A stretch of 64,000 nt of DNA, taken from an uncultured Dermabacteraceae bacterium (GTDB lineage Bacteria > Actinomycetota > Actinomycetes > Actinomycetales > Dermabacteraceae). Of this stretch, positions 19,133-28,230 are shown one piece after another. The stretch is taken from NCBI GenBank assembly GCA_943913905.1, contig CALTZZ010000001.1, positions 24,542 to 88,541 on the forward strand, in the 5' to 3' direction. Made by a program: the position numbers and the translations under genes. A model generated the notes under the pieces. The model did no database searches, was not told the origin of the DNA, and saw nothing but the letters and a program-made list of their open reading frames with translations. The first letter of the stretch is position 1. Each line of letters begins with the position of its first letter.

Positions 19133-21250
19133 ATGAGCACGCCTCACGATCCACAAGGTTCGAAGTCAACGGATCCGCCACGCGCCACTACGGGTTCCAT
19201 GCGGAGCATCGCCACGAGCGATGGCCCCGCCATCTACAGCCCGCGCAAGGCTGGCCGCGAACGAGCCAAAGCCTCCCGCACATTCGGCAGCACCTTCCTG
19301 AACGACATCACCGACTACCCGCACGGGATCCACCCGGCCCTCGTTCCAGGTGTCTCCGTGGAAGACCAGAAAATCCGCTACGGGGTAGACAAAGGCATCC
19401 TCGTTATCGTGGGTCTCGCGATCATCGGGTTCGTCACCTGGGGCGTTCTCAACCCCCAACAAACGTTCGAGGTCACCACCGCCGCCCTCGGTTGGATCAC
19501 CACCAACCTTGGGTGGGTGTTCAACCTGGTGGCGATCGGAATGGTTCTGTTCCTGCTCTACCTCGCCTTCTCCAAGTTCGGGCGCATCCCCCTGGGGCTC
19601 GACGGCGAACCAGCCGAATACTCGACGGGCTCCTGGGCCGCGATGCTCTTCGGCGCCGGGATCGGCATCGGGATCATCTTCTGGGGCCCGCTCGAACCTC
19701 TCACCTATTACGTGTCGCCCTTGCCAGGTCTGTACGAGCCAGCGACCGTAGAAGCCGTCAAGGGCGCAATGGCACAAGCCGCACTCCACTGGGGCATCAA
19801 TGCCTGGGCCATCTACGCGGTCGTAGGCCTCGCCGTCTCATACGTCAGCTACCGCCGCGGCCGCGTACCCCTCATGAGCTCAATCCTCACGCCACTGTGG
19901 GGCGGCGACTCCTACTCACCGGGCGCTCGCATCATCGACGGGCTCGCCATCATCGCGACCCTGTTCGGCACCGCTGCCGCGCTCGGCATCGGCGCACTTC
20001 AAATCGGACGCGGTTTCGAACTCGTCACCGGCTGGCCCCCCGAGGCCAACACCATGGCACTCGTCATCATCGTGCTCCTCACGATCGGCACGATCATCTC
20101 CGCCGTCTCCGGCGTGGCCAAGGGCATCCGCATCCTCTCGAACATCAACATGGTGCTCGCGATCGCGCTCGCCCTGTTCTTCTTCATCATCGGCCCCACG
20201 GTGTTCCTCATGAACATCATCCCCGGCGTGATCGTGCAGTACTTCGCGTCTATGCCAGACATGCTGTCGGCCACCACGGCCGACTCCCCTGAAGTCCAAA
20301 AATTCCTCTCAACCTGGACCATCTTCTACTGGGCGTGGTGGGTGAGCTGGGCGCCCTTCGTCGGCGTCTTCACCGCGAAAATCTCCAGGGGCCGCACCGT
20401 ACGCCAATTCATCCTCGGCGTACTGTTCATTCCTAGCTCCATCATCGTGGGAGCATTCACGATCCTGGGCGGCACCAGCATCTGGCTCCAGCGCCAACAC
20501 GGCGAGCTCGTTCCCGGCAACGACCCCAACCAAATCCCCGCTGCGGAAGACGTATTCTTCCTGGTCCTCGACTACCTCCCCGGGCACCAGTTCATTGCGC
20601 CGATCGTGATGGTGATGCTCGCCGTCTTCTTCATCACCACCTCCGACTCCGCCTCGCTCGTGAACTCACAGCTCAGCCAGAAAGGCAACCCAAACCCGAA
20701 CAAGCTGATCACCGCGTTCTGGGCCGTTGCCATGGCCGGGATAGCCGTCGTCATGCTGCTCATGGGCGGCGAGAATGCGCTGCAAGGCCTGCAGAACCTC
20801 ATCACCATCACGGCACTGCCGTTCACGGTGGTCATCATCCTCATGGCCATCGCGCTCATCAAGGAAATGCGGACGGATCCCCTGGTCATCCGCGACACGT
20901 TCGAAAAGAGCGCCGTCTCCAACGCCATCGTGCACGGCATCGAGACCCACGGAGACAACTTCGAGATCGCCGTGAATCCCACAACTCCCGATTCACAACG
21001 TGCAGCCGGAGCCGACTTCGACTCCACCGCCGACAAAGTCACCGAGTGGTACACCCGCACCGACGAAGACGGAAACCCCGTGGACTACGACTACGGTGCC
21101 GGCGAATACGTGGACGCTCCCGACGAGAGAGATGCCACAGACAGCGCTTTGGCCGACGATGCTGAATCCACCACGGCCCGGCCACACTCGCACGAATCGA
21201 CCACCACCGGGCGCCACGCCGCTACAAACGACGAGGCACCGGAGCAGTAG
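19133..21250 (+). CDS. BCCT-family (betaine/carnitine/choline) transporter with a long acidic C-terminal tail
   Basis: ATG 19133 (MSTPHD...). BCCT core from GILVIVGLAIIGFVTWGV...WTIFYWAWWVSWAPFVGVFTA. The track ORF 18764.. is an upstream extension. Confidence 0.85.
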   Translation: MSTPHDPQGSKSTDPPRATTGSMRSIATSDGPAIYSPRKAGRERAKASRTFGSTFLNDITDYPHGIHPALVPGVSVEDQKIRYGVDKGILVIVGLAIIGFVTWGVLNPQQTFEVTTAALGWITTNLGWVFNLVAIGMVLFLLYLAFSKFGRIPLGLDGEPAEYSTGSWAAMLFGAGIGIGIIFWGPLEPLTYYVSPLPGLYEPATVEAVKGAMAQAALHWGINAWAIYAVVGLAVSYVSYRRGRVPLMSSILTPLWGGDSYSPGARIIDGLAIIATLFGTAAALGIGALQIGRGFELVTGWPPEANTMALVIIVLLTIGTIISAVSGVAKGIRILSNINMVLAIALALFFFIIGPTVFLMNIIPGVIVQYFASMPDMLSATTADSPEVQKFLSTWTIFYWAWWVSWAPFVGVFTAKISRGRTVRQFILGVLFIPSSIIVGAFTILGGTSIWLQRQHGELVPGNDPNQIPAAEDVFFLVLDYLPGHQFIAPIVMVMLAVFFITTSDSASLVNSQLSQKGNPNPNKLITAFWAVAMAGIAVVMLLMGGENALQGLQNLITITALPFTVVIILMAIALIKEMRTDPLVIRDTFEKSAVSNAIVHGIETHGDNFEIAVNPTTPDSQRAAGADFDSTADKVTEWYTRTDEDGNPVDYDYGAGEYVDAPDERDATDSALADDAESTTARPHSHESTTTGRHAATNDEAPEQ

Positions 21251-21296
21251 CCGCCGTCACAGCCACGGCCACCGCAGCAGCGGGCTCGATCACAAA

Positions 21297-21350
21297 GGTG
21301 GGGCCGACGGACATTCCCGCATCCGTCGGCCCCACCTCCGTTTGTTTAGC
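21297..21350 (+). terminator. Rho-independent terminator after the BCCT gene
   Basis: 14-bp perfect stem ggtggggccgacgg / ccgtcggccccacc followed by tccgtttgttt. Confidence 0.7.
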
Positions 21351-21390
21351 CATGCCCCCTACGCAGCTGCACTGCTACACGTCTACACAG

Positions 21391-21891
21391 CTACACAGCG
21401 TGACGCACGCTGCCAATTGTGCGCGGGCGAATACTCGGATCCGACTGCAACCATTGCGCAACACCTGGCGGCCGCACGTCATGATTGTGCAGGTCATCCA
21501 TGTGTATCCAACGCACCCCCACCTGGCTCGGGTCGTGCCCCTCCCCCACATGGGGCTCAGCCCCCGGTTCGAGGTCGCACCAAAACACCAGATTTTGCTG
21601 GTGGAACAGGAGCGCCCGGTCGCGGTGCTGCCCAACAGTCGTGCTGAGAAGATCGAACGTGAACGCCAAGTCATACACGCGCGGACGAGCACCAACCTCT
21701 TCCTCACACTCGCGCACAAGGGCGTCCGCCTGACCCTCGCCATGCTCCTGCCCACCCCCGGGCAGCACGAAGACACTGTTGCCCTCAACGTCCAAATTCT
21801 CATTAAACAAGACTTCGGTGCCGCGCACGATCAGCGCCTTCACACCCACACGGACATTCGAATAGCCAGGATCCAGTTCCATGCCCACCAT
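21391..21891 (-). CDS. NUDIX hydrolase
   Basis: Nudix box GGGQEHGEGQADALVRECEEEVG. ATG 21891 (MVGMELDP...). The track ORF extends further upstream. Confidence 0.8.
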   Translation of the reverse strand: MVGMELDPGYSNVRVGVKALIVRGTEVLFNENLDVEGNSVFVLPGGGQEHGEGQADALVRECEEEVGARPRVYDLAFTFDLLSTTVGQHRDRALLFHQQNLVFWCDLEPGAEPHVGEGHDPSQVGVRWIHMDDLHNHDVRPPGVAQWLQSDPSIRPRTIGSVRHAV

Positions 21892-22127
21892 CGTAGCTAC
21901 GGCACATGAGGGCAGGCAGAAGCACCCCACGCACGAAAGAACAGCGAGATACCGCGGAACGACCGTGGGGCCAGTTCGCCCCGCGGGTCGGCCGAGGGAC
22001 CAGCTCATCCCGCGTGGCCAGCTCGCCGCGGGGGCATGTAGCGCTGGCACGCTTGCTGCACCCAAGCCGTTCATCAACATCAGGTCGTGCGCGGATGCGG
22101 GCAACACAGCTCGAAGCGCCGCGCTCG

Positions 22128-22727
22128 TTAGTCCTTCACAAGGTGCGCGGTAAGGCCGTCGGGCGCGAACTCCAGGTGCGAAGTCAGGTCATCGACCGTG
22201 TCCAGCACCGTCAACTTCGAGCGCGCAGCACCAAGCACCTGACGCCACACGAGCTCACCCGGGCTATCCACCTCCGGCTCGAGCGCCAGGATCGCATCGG
22301 TCACGAGGTCCACGTATTCCGCGAACGACGTCGCAAGCAGATGCATATCCAGTTCCTCGTTGATCCACCACACACCACCGGGCACGCCCTCTTCGTTGAT
22401 CGTCAGAATCACGGCGTCTTCGATGGTTTCAAACAGCGGGTAGTAGCTCATGGGATCACCGAGCAGCGTGAATGGGCCCAGATCCGTGCGCTCTTCGGCA
22501 AGAAGGTTCAGTTCGAACTCCTCGCCCACACGGGCGCCCGCCATCTCGTCGGCCAGATCCTTGAGTGCAGGGGGAACGTCGGCGGCAGATTCCTCGGGGT
22601 CAATGGGGGTGGCGACGCCGTCGGACGCCGCCACAGCCGCCGCGAGCCGCTCCAAAGCAGCCCGCGCGCGAGACATATCGATCGTTTCCTTGGGTTCAGG
22701 CCAGTTCAAAGCGAGGGGCTGGTTCAT
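22128..22727 (-). CDS. acidic hypothetical protein, possibly an SMI1/KNR4 (SUKH)-like immunity-type protein
   Basis: 199 aa, very acidic, with conserved W/aromatic spacing that loosely resembles SUKH. Confidence 0.3.
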   Translation of the reverse strand: MNQPLALNWPEPKETIDMSRARAALERLAAAVAASDGVATPIDPEESAADVPPALKDLADEMAGARVGEEFELNLLAEERTDLGPFTLLGDPMSYYPLFETIEDAVILTINEEGVPGGVWWINEELDMHLLATSFAEYVDLVTDAILALEPEVDSPGELVWRQVLGAARSKLTVLDTVDDLTSHLEFAPDGLTAHLVKD

Positions 22728-23093
22728 GGGAAAGTCCTCTCCAAAAGACGGCGATCGCGGTTCACAATCCAGGCCAGTGCAGCGTCACGGTGACCGCCAC
22801 ACCTCCAGTAAAGAACGCGCGTGTGAAAGAGTCGTGAACAACCACGCGGATTTTGATGTGACCCGCGCCTTATTTCTCAGGAAAACCGCGGAGCGAAAGC
22901 GCTCTCGCCTGGGGAAATACGAAACCGTTGTGGACTGTTTGCAGAAATGTACCGCCGCTCCCAGGAAACTAATAGTTCCAGTCCAGCTCCTGGCGAGGAA
23001 GGCACGGTTATATGTAATCACGCGTTAGCGGCGTACCGATCTTTTGAGGAGAGGATCCGTACATTGAGGCCCTAGCGCGGGGGAAAGGGATAA

Positions 23094-23123
23094 GACCCCG
23101 GCTCGTGGGGACGAGCCGGGGTC
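23094..23123 (-). terminator. 12-bp perfect-stem hairpin downstream of the DUF559 gene
   Basis: gaccccggctcg tgggga cgagccggggtc. Confidence 0.4.
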
Positions 23124-23186
23124 CTTTCATGTTCGAGACCATTGATGTTCGGGGCCTTTTCATGTTCGAGGCCATCCATATCCCGG
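23123..23186. repeat. two tandem copies of a ~32-bp unit (CCTTTYCATGTTCGAGRCCAT...)
   Basis: Direct comparison of 23123-23154 with 23155-23186. Confidence 0.8.
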
Positions 23187-23212
23187 GGCTCCCGAGGCTT
23201 CCGGCAGTCCTC

Positions 23213-23277
23213 CGCAACGTTTGTACGGTTTATGGCGCCTGGAGCGTGCCCAAGCGCCATAAAACGTCCACTATTTT
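23213..23277. repeat. ~65-bp palindromic repeat element, copy 1, directly after the DUF559 stop codon
   Basis: acggtttatggcgcc-N14-gcgccataaaacgtccactatttt, about 90% identical to the copy at 24359-24424. Confidence 0.85.
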
Positions 23278-24299
23278 CACGCTCCTCTCGCCCGGAGCAA
23301 CTGGGCAACAAGCTGCACCGCCCGGCTACCCGCCAAACGCTCCATGACCACCGATTCCGAATCTCCACGTCGGGGCGCGGGCAAGTCAGTGGCGTACAGC
23401 CGCACGGTCGAGACTCCATGCGAGCGATAGGCTTCGTCCTTGTCGCGGTCAGCCGTAAAGGTCTTCAGCATCCGATGATGCGAACCGTCGTACTCCGCTG
23501 CAACTTTCAACTGCGGCCACCAAAAATCCGGCGTACTCACGTAACCGACCCCTGGCAGCACCACCGGCAGGTTCAACTCTGGCGCAGGCAAACGCGACGC
23601 AGCGAACGCCGCACGGGCCCTCGTTTCTTGCACAGAATCAGCCCCCATCCGCGCCAACCTCAATGCGCGCCGGGCGATAGCCACGCCCTTAACTCCCTTA
23701 TAACGCTCCAAGAGTTGCCCCAGTTCAGCCGCGGACGAGTAGGGCTCCGTTCGCCCCTTTTCGAACTGCGGCCGAGGAACCCGAATGAGATGCTCAGCGA
23801 TAGCAACGAGAAAATCGAACGGCACAACGGTGGCAAGAGAAAGCCACGTCCGCGGCCGCGTCATGATCACCCTTCCACCTGACGCCACGCCTTGCCGCTT
23901 TTGCGTAGCTGAAGAACGGAAGCGCAGAACATCGCGTACATCAAGCCGATCCCGGATCAGTCTTATAGCCGACGCCGTCGGCCGAGCTCCTGCTTCCACA
24001 ACGGTCATTGTTGTGGGGGCTAGCGGGTCATCATTGGCGAGCCAGGATGGAAGTGGAAACGCAAACACTTGGGCGGCGGATACACCTGAGATTGCGCACG
24101 TCCGCCATTTCCGTGACCGAGCGATGGTAACTGCGGAAGCGGTCAGCTCGAGGCTGGCCGGGGCATCGAGGCCCGGGCCGAGCGGCATAACGTCAGAGCG
24201 CCTGAGACGGTCTACCGAAATGCCGTGCGCAATTGCTTCAGACCGAAGGAAAGGGCGGTCTTGCAACTCGGGCGGAAGTGGTTGAGCGGCTGGCGTCAT
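23277..24299 (-). CDS. AbiEi-like N-terminal domain fused to a C-terminal DUF559 (Vsr-like endonuclease fold) protein
   Basis: ATG 24299 (MTPAAQPLPPELQDRPFLRSEAIAHGISVDRLRR...). C-terminal YVSTPDFWWPQLKVAAEYDGSHH...DRDKD is typical of DUF559. The track ORF extends through the upstream repeat copy. Confidence 0.7.
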   Translation of the reverse strand: MTPAAQPLPPELQDRPFLRSEAIAHGISVDRLRRSDVMPLGPGLDAPASLELTASAVTIARSRKWRTCAISGVSAAQVFAFPLPSWLANDDPLAPTTMTVVEAGARPTASAIRLIRDRLDVRDVLRFRSSATQKRQGVASGGRVIMTRPRTWLSLATVVPFDFLVAIAEHLIRVPRPQFEKGRTEPYSSAAELGQLLERYKGVKGVAIARRALRLARMGADSVQETRARAAFAASRLPAPELNLPVVLPGVGYVSTPDFWWPQLKVAAEYDGSHHRMLKTFTADRDKDEAYRSHGVSTVRLYATDLPAPRRGDSESVVMERLAGSRAVQLVAQLLRARGA

Positions 24300-24358
24300 G
24301 CCTGCATCGTGCCTGCGACTGGGAGCTTCGGCGCGGATCAAGGTCAGGAATGGGGATG

Positions 24359-24424
24359 CGCAAACGTGTGGACGGTTTATGGCGCCTAGATCGGGCCCAG
24401 GCGCCATAAACCGTCCACTATTTT
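24359..24424. repeat. ~65-bp palindromic repeat element, copy 2, 60-75 bp upstream of the DUF559 start
   Basis: acggtttatggcgcc-N14-ggcgccataaaccgtccactatttt with a 15-bp perfect inverted repeat. Confidence 0.85.
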
Positions 24425-24572
24425 GAAGCGAGGCGAATGGAACCGGGTGACGCCGGGCAGGGCGCCGCCTCCCCGGGCATCGCCGCCTAGACCAGGGTGC
24501 CGCATGCCACCTATCCGGGGCATCACCACCCACCCCGGATGCCGCCCAATGGCTAGCCCCACACGTCGCCAG

Positions 24573-25622
24573 CTAGCCCCGAATGTCGATGCCGAACACC
24601 CTTTTGACCTGGGCGGTCACCATTTGGGGGTGCCGACGGTCGCTCGGGGTCGACGCCCACGGGGTGAAGAGTCCGGGAAAGTCCGGGTGTGTGACTTTGC
24701 CGTGGGTGGCGCCCGAGCTCGACACCACGAACCCGTGGTCTTCAAGTCGTTTCTTGAGGGCTCGCACGTCTCCGGGGTGGCGGGTGCCGCGTTTTTTGCG
24801 GTTGCTCTTGCCTGCGAGTTCGGCCGGGTCTACCGGGTCTGCGTCGTCGGGTCGAACGGCGAGGGCGTAGCGGCTGGGGAAAGCTCCGATCACGTGGTTG
24901 CCTGCTCGTCGCACTTGCACGGTCCAGGGGCCGCGGCAGTAGTGGTCGCTTGTGCCGGCGTCGCCGGTCCATACTTCGTCTGGTTCGGCGATTGTGAGGA
25001 CGATGGCATCATGCGTGATGTGTGCCAGGGAGGCGCCCGAGACGGTGCGGACTTCCTCGTCGTTGATGCGGAGCGGACGCGTGTATGGGCGGGGGTCATC
25101 TGGGTTGATGGTGACGACGGCGTCGGCCGGGGCGGGGGTCGGTGGCGGCACGAGTTCGAATCGTTCGGCTGGTTTCTCGGCGGATTTCTTGGCCGACTGG
25201 GGTGCGGGCCGCGGTCCCGGTTTAAGGGGCTGAGGACCTGGTTTCGGAGTCTGGGGATCTGGTTTCGGAGCCTGGGGTCCCGATTTTTCTGCCTGAGCAC
25301 CCGGGTTCGGGGCCGACGGCTGCTGCAGCGCTGAGGGGCGCGGTGAAGGCGTCGCGACCGTGCCGTAGTTTGAGGTGTCGGTTTTTCGGGCCGACGAATT
25401 AGGGGCCGGCGGTTGCGGGTCCGACGAATTAGGGGCCGACGACTGACGGGCTGGCGGTTGCGGAGCCGATGAATCTGCGGCTGACGACTTCGAGGCCGAC
25501 GGGCTCGGCACCGCCGTGTAGTCCACGGGGCGCACGCGCTTCTTGGGGTCGCCAAAGCGCGCGAGCTGTCCCGGTGTGGGGACGGGGTTCTGGGGCTTTG
25601 GGCGTTCGGCCATGTCTGCCAC
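24573..25622 (-). CDS. Pro/Ser-rich low-complexity protein with a C-terminal HicA-like (YcfA) domain
   Basis: C-terminal LKKRLEDHGFVVSSSGATHGKVTHPDFPG...HPQMVTAQVKRVFGI resembles the HicA toxin fold. The N-terminal 150 aa are PQPPA/SSAP repeats encoded by 21- and 30-bp tandem DNA repeats at 25246-25288 and 25390-25470. Confidence 0.45.
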   Translation of the reverse strand: MADMAERPKPQNPVPTPGQLARFGDPKKRVRPVDYTAVPSPSASKSSAADSSAPQPPARQSSAPNSSDPQPPAPNSSARKTDTSNYGTVATPSPRPSALQQPSAPNPGAQAEKSGPQAPKPDPQTPKPGPQPLKPGPRPAPQSAKKSAEKPAERFELVPPPTPAPADAVVTINPDDPRPYTRPLRINDEEVRTVSGASLAHITHDAIVLTIAEPDEVWTGDAGTSDHYCRGPWTVQVRRAGNHVIGAFPSRYALAVRPDDADPVDPAELAGKSNRKKRGTRHPGDVRALKKRLEDHGFVVSSSGATHGKVTHPDFPGLFTPWASTPSDRRHPQMVTAQVKRVFGIDIRG

Positions 25623-25836
25623 GCTACACGTGCGCTAACCTGACGAGCGTGTTCGTTCTTTATTCTGGCCCTCGCTCGGTGCCTGCTGCTGCCTGCCATT
25701 TTGTGGCTCCGGTGGCGCAGCGCATCCGCCGTGGCTTCGTGCTGCGGAACGTTGCCGCGGGGCGTAGCGCGCATGCGCAACGCGGGCTAAAGGCTTTGGG
25801 GGCCGCCCCTTTTTCACCCTTTCGGGGGCGATAGTC

Positions 25837-26994
25837 GTGGCAGGTGCGGACGCGGTGCAGTGTCGATTCTTTGAGGCGGGGCAGTGTGGCTCGTGCACGC
25901 TGATGCCGGTGCCTCATCCACGGCAGGTGGCAGACGCGCAGGCAGCACTCGAGGCGGCGATCAGTGGTGCACCGGCCATCGAGTGGCTTCCGCCGATCGT
26001 GAGCGAACCGTGGGCGTTCCGCACGAAAGCGAAGATGGCCGTGGCGGGGACTGCGGCCGCGCCGGTTCTCACCTTTCCCGGTGGCAATCCAGACGTTGAC
26101 CTGGCGCAATGCCCGCTGTATCCGCGGCTCGTGACCGAGGTGTTGGAGAGCGCGCGCGAGGTGATCCGTCGGGCCCAGGTTCCGCCGTACAGCCGTGAGA
26201 CGCGGCGCGGCGAGGTGAAGTACGTGCTCGTGACGGCGAGCGAGACGGAGGCGTTGGTGCGGTTTGTGCTGCGCTCGGATTCCGCGCTTCCCCGCATCCG
26301 TGAGCACCTGGACAAGCTTGATCCGCGCGCGGTGAGCGTGAGCGCGAATATTCAGCCTGCGCATGCGGCGATTATTGAGGGCGATACGGATATTCAGCTG
26401 GCAGGGGCGGACCGGCTCCGGATGCCGGTGGGGCCGGTGGCGCTCGGTGTGCTTCCACGCTCGTTCACGCAGACGAACACGGCCGTGGCCGCGCAGCTGT
26501 ATGCGCAGGTCGCGGACTGGCTGTTGGACGAGGGAGGCTCGAGAGCGTGGGACATTTTTTGCGGCGTGGGCGGCTTCGGCCTCACGCTCGCGCATGCCGC
26601 CCGCGAGCGCGGTACACCTATCACCGTGCACGGTGTTGAAATCACTGAGGCCGCGATTGAGAGTGCGACGGCGTCGGCCGCGGAGATGGGGGTGGATGCG
26701 CAGTTCACGGCGGGGAATGCGGTGGCCTGGGCGTCGGCCCAACCGAACACCGAGAGACCCGGTGCGGCGATCGTGAATCCGCCCCGGCGCGGGTTGGGAC
26801 CCACGTTCGCGGAGTGGCTCAACACGTCCGCGATTCCCGTGATCGCGTATTCGAGCTGTAATCCCGACACCCTGGCGGCGGACCTCGCGTGGATGCCGAA
26901 CTATCGGGTGGCGAAGGGCCGCCTCGTGGACATGTTTCCGCACACCGCGCATAACGAAGCTGTTGTTCTCCTCGTCCGAAAGGACCGCGCATGA
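25837..26994 (+). CDS. RlmD/RumA-family 23S rRNA (uracil-5-)-methyltransferase, lacking the TRAM domain
   Basis: N-terminal Cys cluster CRFFEAGQCGSC. Class I SAM fold FCGVGGFGL. Catalytic NPPRRG and SSCNP motifs. Confidence 0.8.
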   Translation: MAGADAVQCRFFEAGQCGSCTLMPVPHPRQVADAQAALEAAISGAPAIEWLPPIVSEPWAFRTKAKMAVAGTAAAPVLTFPGGNPDVDLAQCPLYPRLVTEVLESAREVIRRAQVPPYSRETRRGEVKYVLVTASETEALVRFVLRSDSALPRIREHLDKLDPRAVSVSANIQPAHAAIIEGDTDIQLAGADRLRMPVGPVALGVLPRSFTQTNTAVAAQLYAQVADWLLDEGGSRAWDIFCGVGGFGLTLAHAARERGTPITVHGVEITEAAIESATASAAEMGVDAQFTAGNAVAWASAQPNTERPGAAIVNPPRRGLGPTFAEWLNTSAIPVIAYSSCNPDTLAADLAWMPNYRVAKGRLVDMFPHTAHNEAVVLLVRKDRA

Positions 26995-28196
26995 CTACCG
27001 ATCCGTTCCCGAGCGTTCCCGAGTCTGCGGTGGCGGCAGGGGCCAACGCCGCCAGGGTAGCTGTGGGGGCCAGCGTCGCCGGCATGGCGGCGGGGGCCGA
27101 CGGCTCCCCCAGCGGGGCCAGCGCCGAGCACCGCATCGTGATCATTGGCGTGGGTGGCACGATCGCAATGCGGGTTGACGCTGAGGGGTCGAATGCTGCG
27201 CCGGGCGCACAACCCGATGCGTCGATGTTTCCGATCCCGGGCGTCACGCTGGATTTTCGTGAGGTCGCGAATGTGGGGTCGCCGTCGCTGCAGGTGGAGC
27301 ACATTGTGGCGGCGCTTCAGGAAGCAGATGCTGCCGTTGCGGATGGTGCGCGTGGCGTCGTGATCACTCACGGCACCGACACCCTGGAGGAGACCGCTTT
27401 CTTCCTCAACCGGTTCTGGCCGCATGACGCGCCGCTCGTGGTGACGGGTGCGATGCGCCCGGCGAACGCGCCCGGTGCCGACGGCCCCGCGAATCTGCAC
27501 GATTCGATCATCGCTGCGGCCAGCGACAATGCCCGTGGCCTGGGGGTTCTCGCCGTGTTCGATTCGCTTGTGCATTCGGCTGATCGGGCTACGAAGGCCA
27601 GTTCTCGCAGCGTGGATGCGTTCGCGTCGGAACCGTCGGGGCCGCTCGCGATCGTCAATGGTCGTTCGTTGACCCACGTATATGCGCTCCCACCTACTCC
27701 TGCCCGACTGCCGCTCAGCGTGCTGCTTTCCCAGGACTCTTCGGGGCCGACGCCGTCGGCGCTTCCCACCGTGCCCGTCCTTGGGATTGGGCTGTTTGAC
27801 CACGGGGAGGCGCTCGCAGCGCTGCTCGGTGCCGCAGGTGGGGCAGCCGCAGAAGGAGCGGAAGAAACGACAGCGAAAACGGGCAGCGAGCCGCGAATCG
27901 CAGGGCTCGTGATCAACGGTGTGGGTATGGGCCACGTTCCCGAAACGGTGGTGCCGCTCGTGAGGCGCGCCGTGGAGTCCGGCATCACCGTGGTTGTGGC
28001 TACCCGCATTCCCGAGGGCGGCACCTCCACGCATCATTACTCATACCCCGGGTCCGAAGTGGATCTGATCCGAAACGGCGCAATCATGGCCGGGTCGCTC
28101 AGCGCCCACAAAGCGCGGATCCTGCTCCAGGCCCTGCTTGCCGCAGGCAGCACGAAGGAGCAGATCGCGGAGGAGTTCGCGGCGTTCGCGTACTAA
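26991..28196 (+). CDS. ansA: L-asparaginase
   Basis: IVIIGVGGTIAM and VVITHGTDTLEETAFFL signature motifs. Overlaps the rlmD-like stop by 4 nt. Confidence 0.85.
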   Translation: MTTDPFPSVPESAVAAGANAARVAVGASVAGMAAGADGSPSGASAEHRIVIIGVGGTIAMRVDAEGSNAAPGAQPDASMFPIPGVTLDFREVANVGSPSLQVEHIVAALQEADAAVADGARGVVITHGTDTLEETAFFLNRFWPHDAPLVVTGAMRPANAPGADGPANLHDSIIAAASDNARGLGVLAVFDSLVHSADRATKASSRSVDAFASEPSGPLAIVNGRSLTHVYALPPTPARLPLSVLLSQDSSGPTPSALPTVPVLGIGLFDHGEALAALLGAAGGAAAEGAEETTAKTGSEPRIAGLVINGVGMGHVPETVVPLVRRAVESGITVVVATRIPEGGTSTHHYSYPGSEVDLIRNGAIMAGSLSAHKARILLQALLAAGSTKEQIAEEFAAFAY

Positions 28197-28230
28197 CTCG
28201 CGCGACTGCTCCGCTTGCTACTGTGACGGT

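Noticed and set aside
23213-24424. The 65-bp flanking elements as integron attC sites.
   Set aside because: Direct orientation fits gene cassettes, but the ends do not match RYYYAAC / GTTRRRY core sites, and no intI is present.
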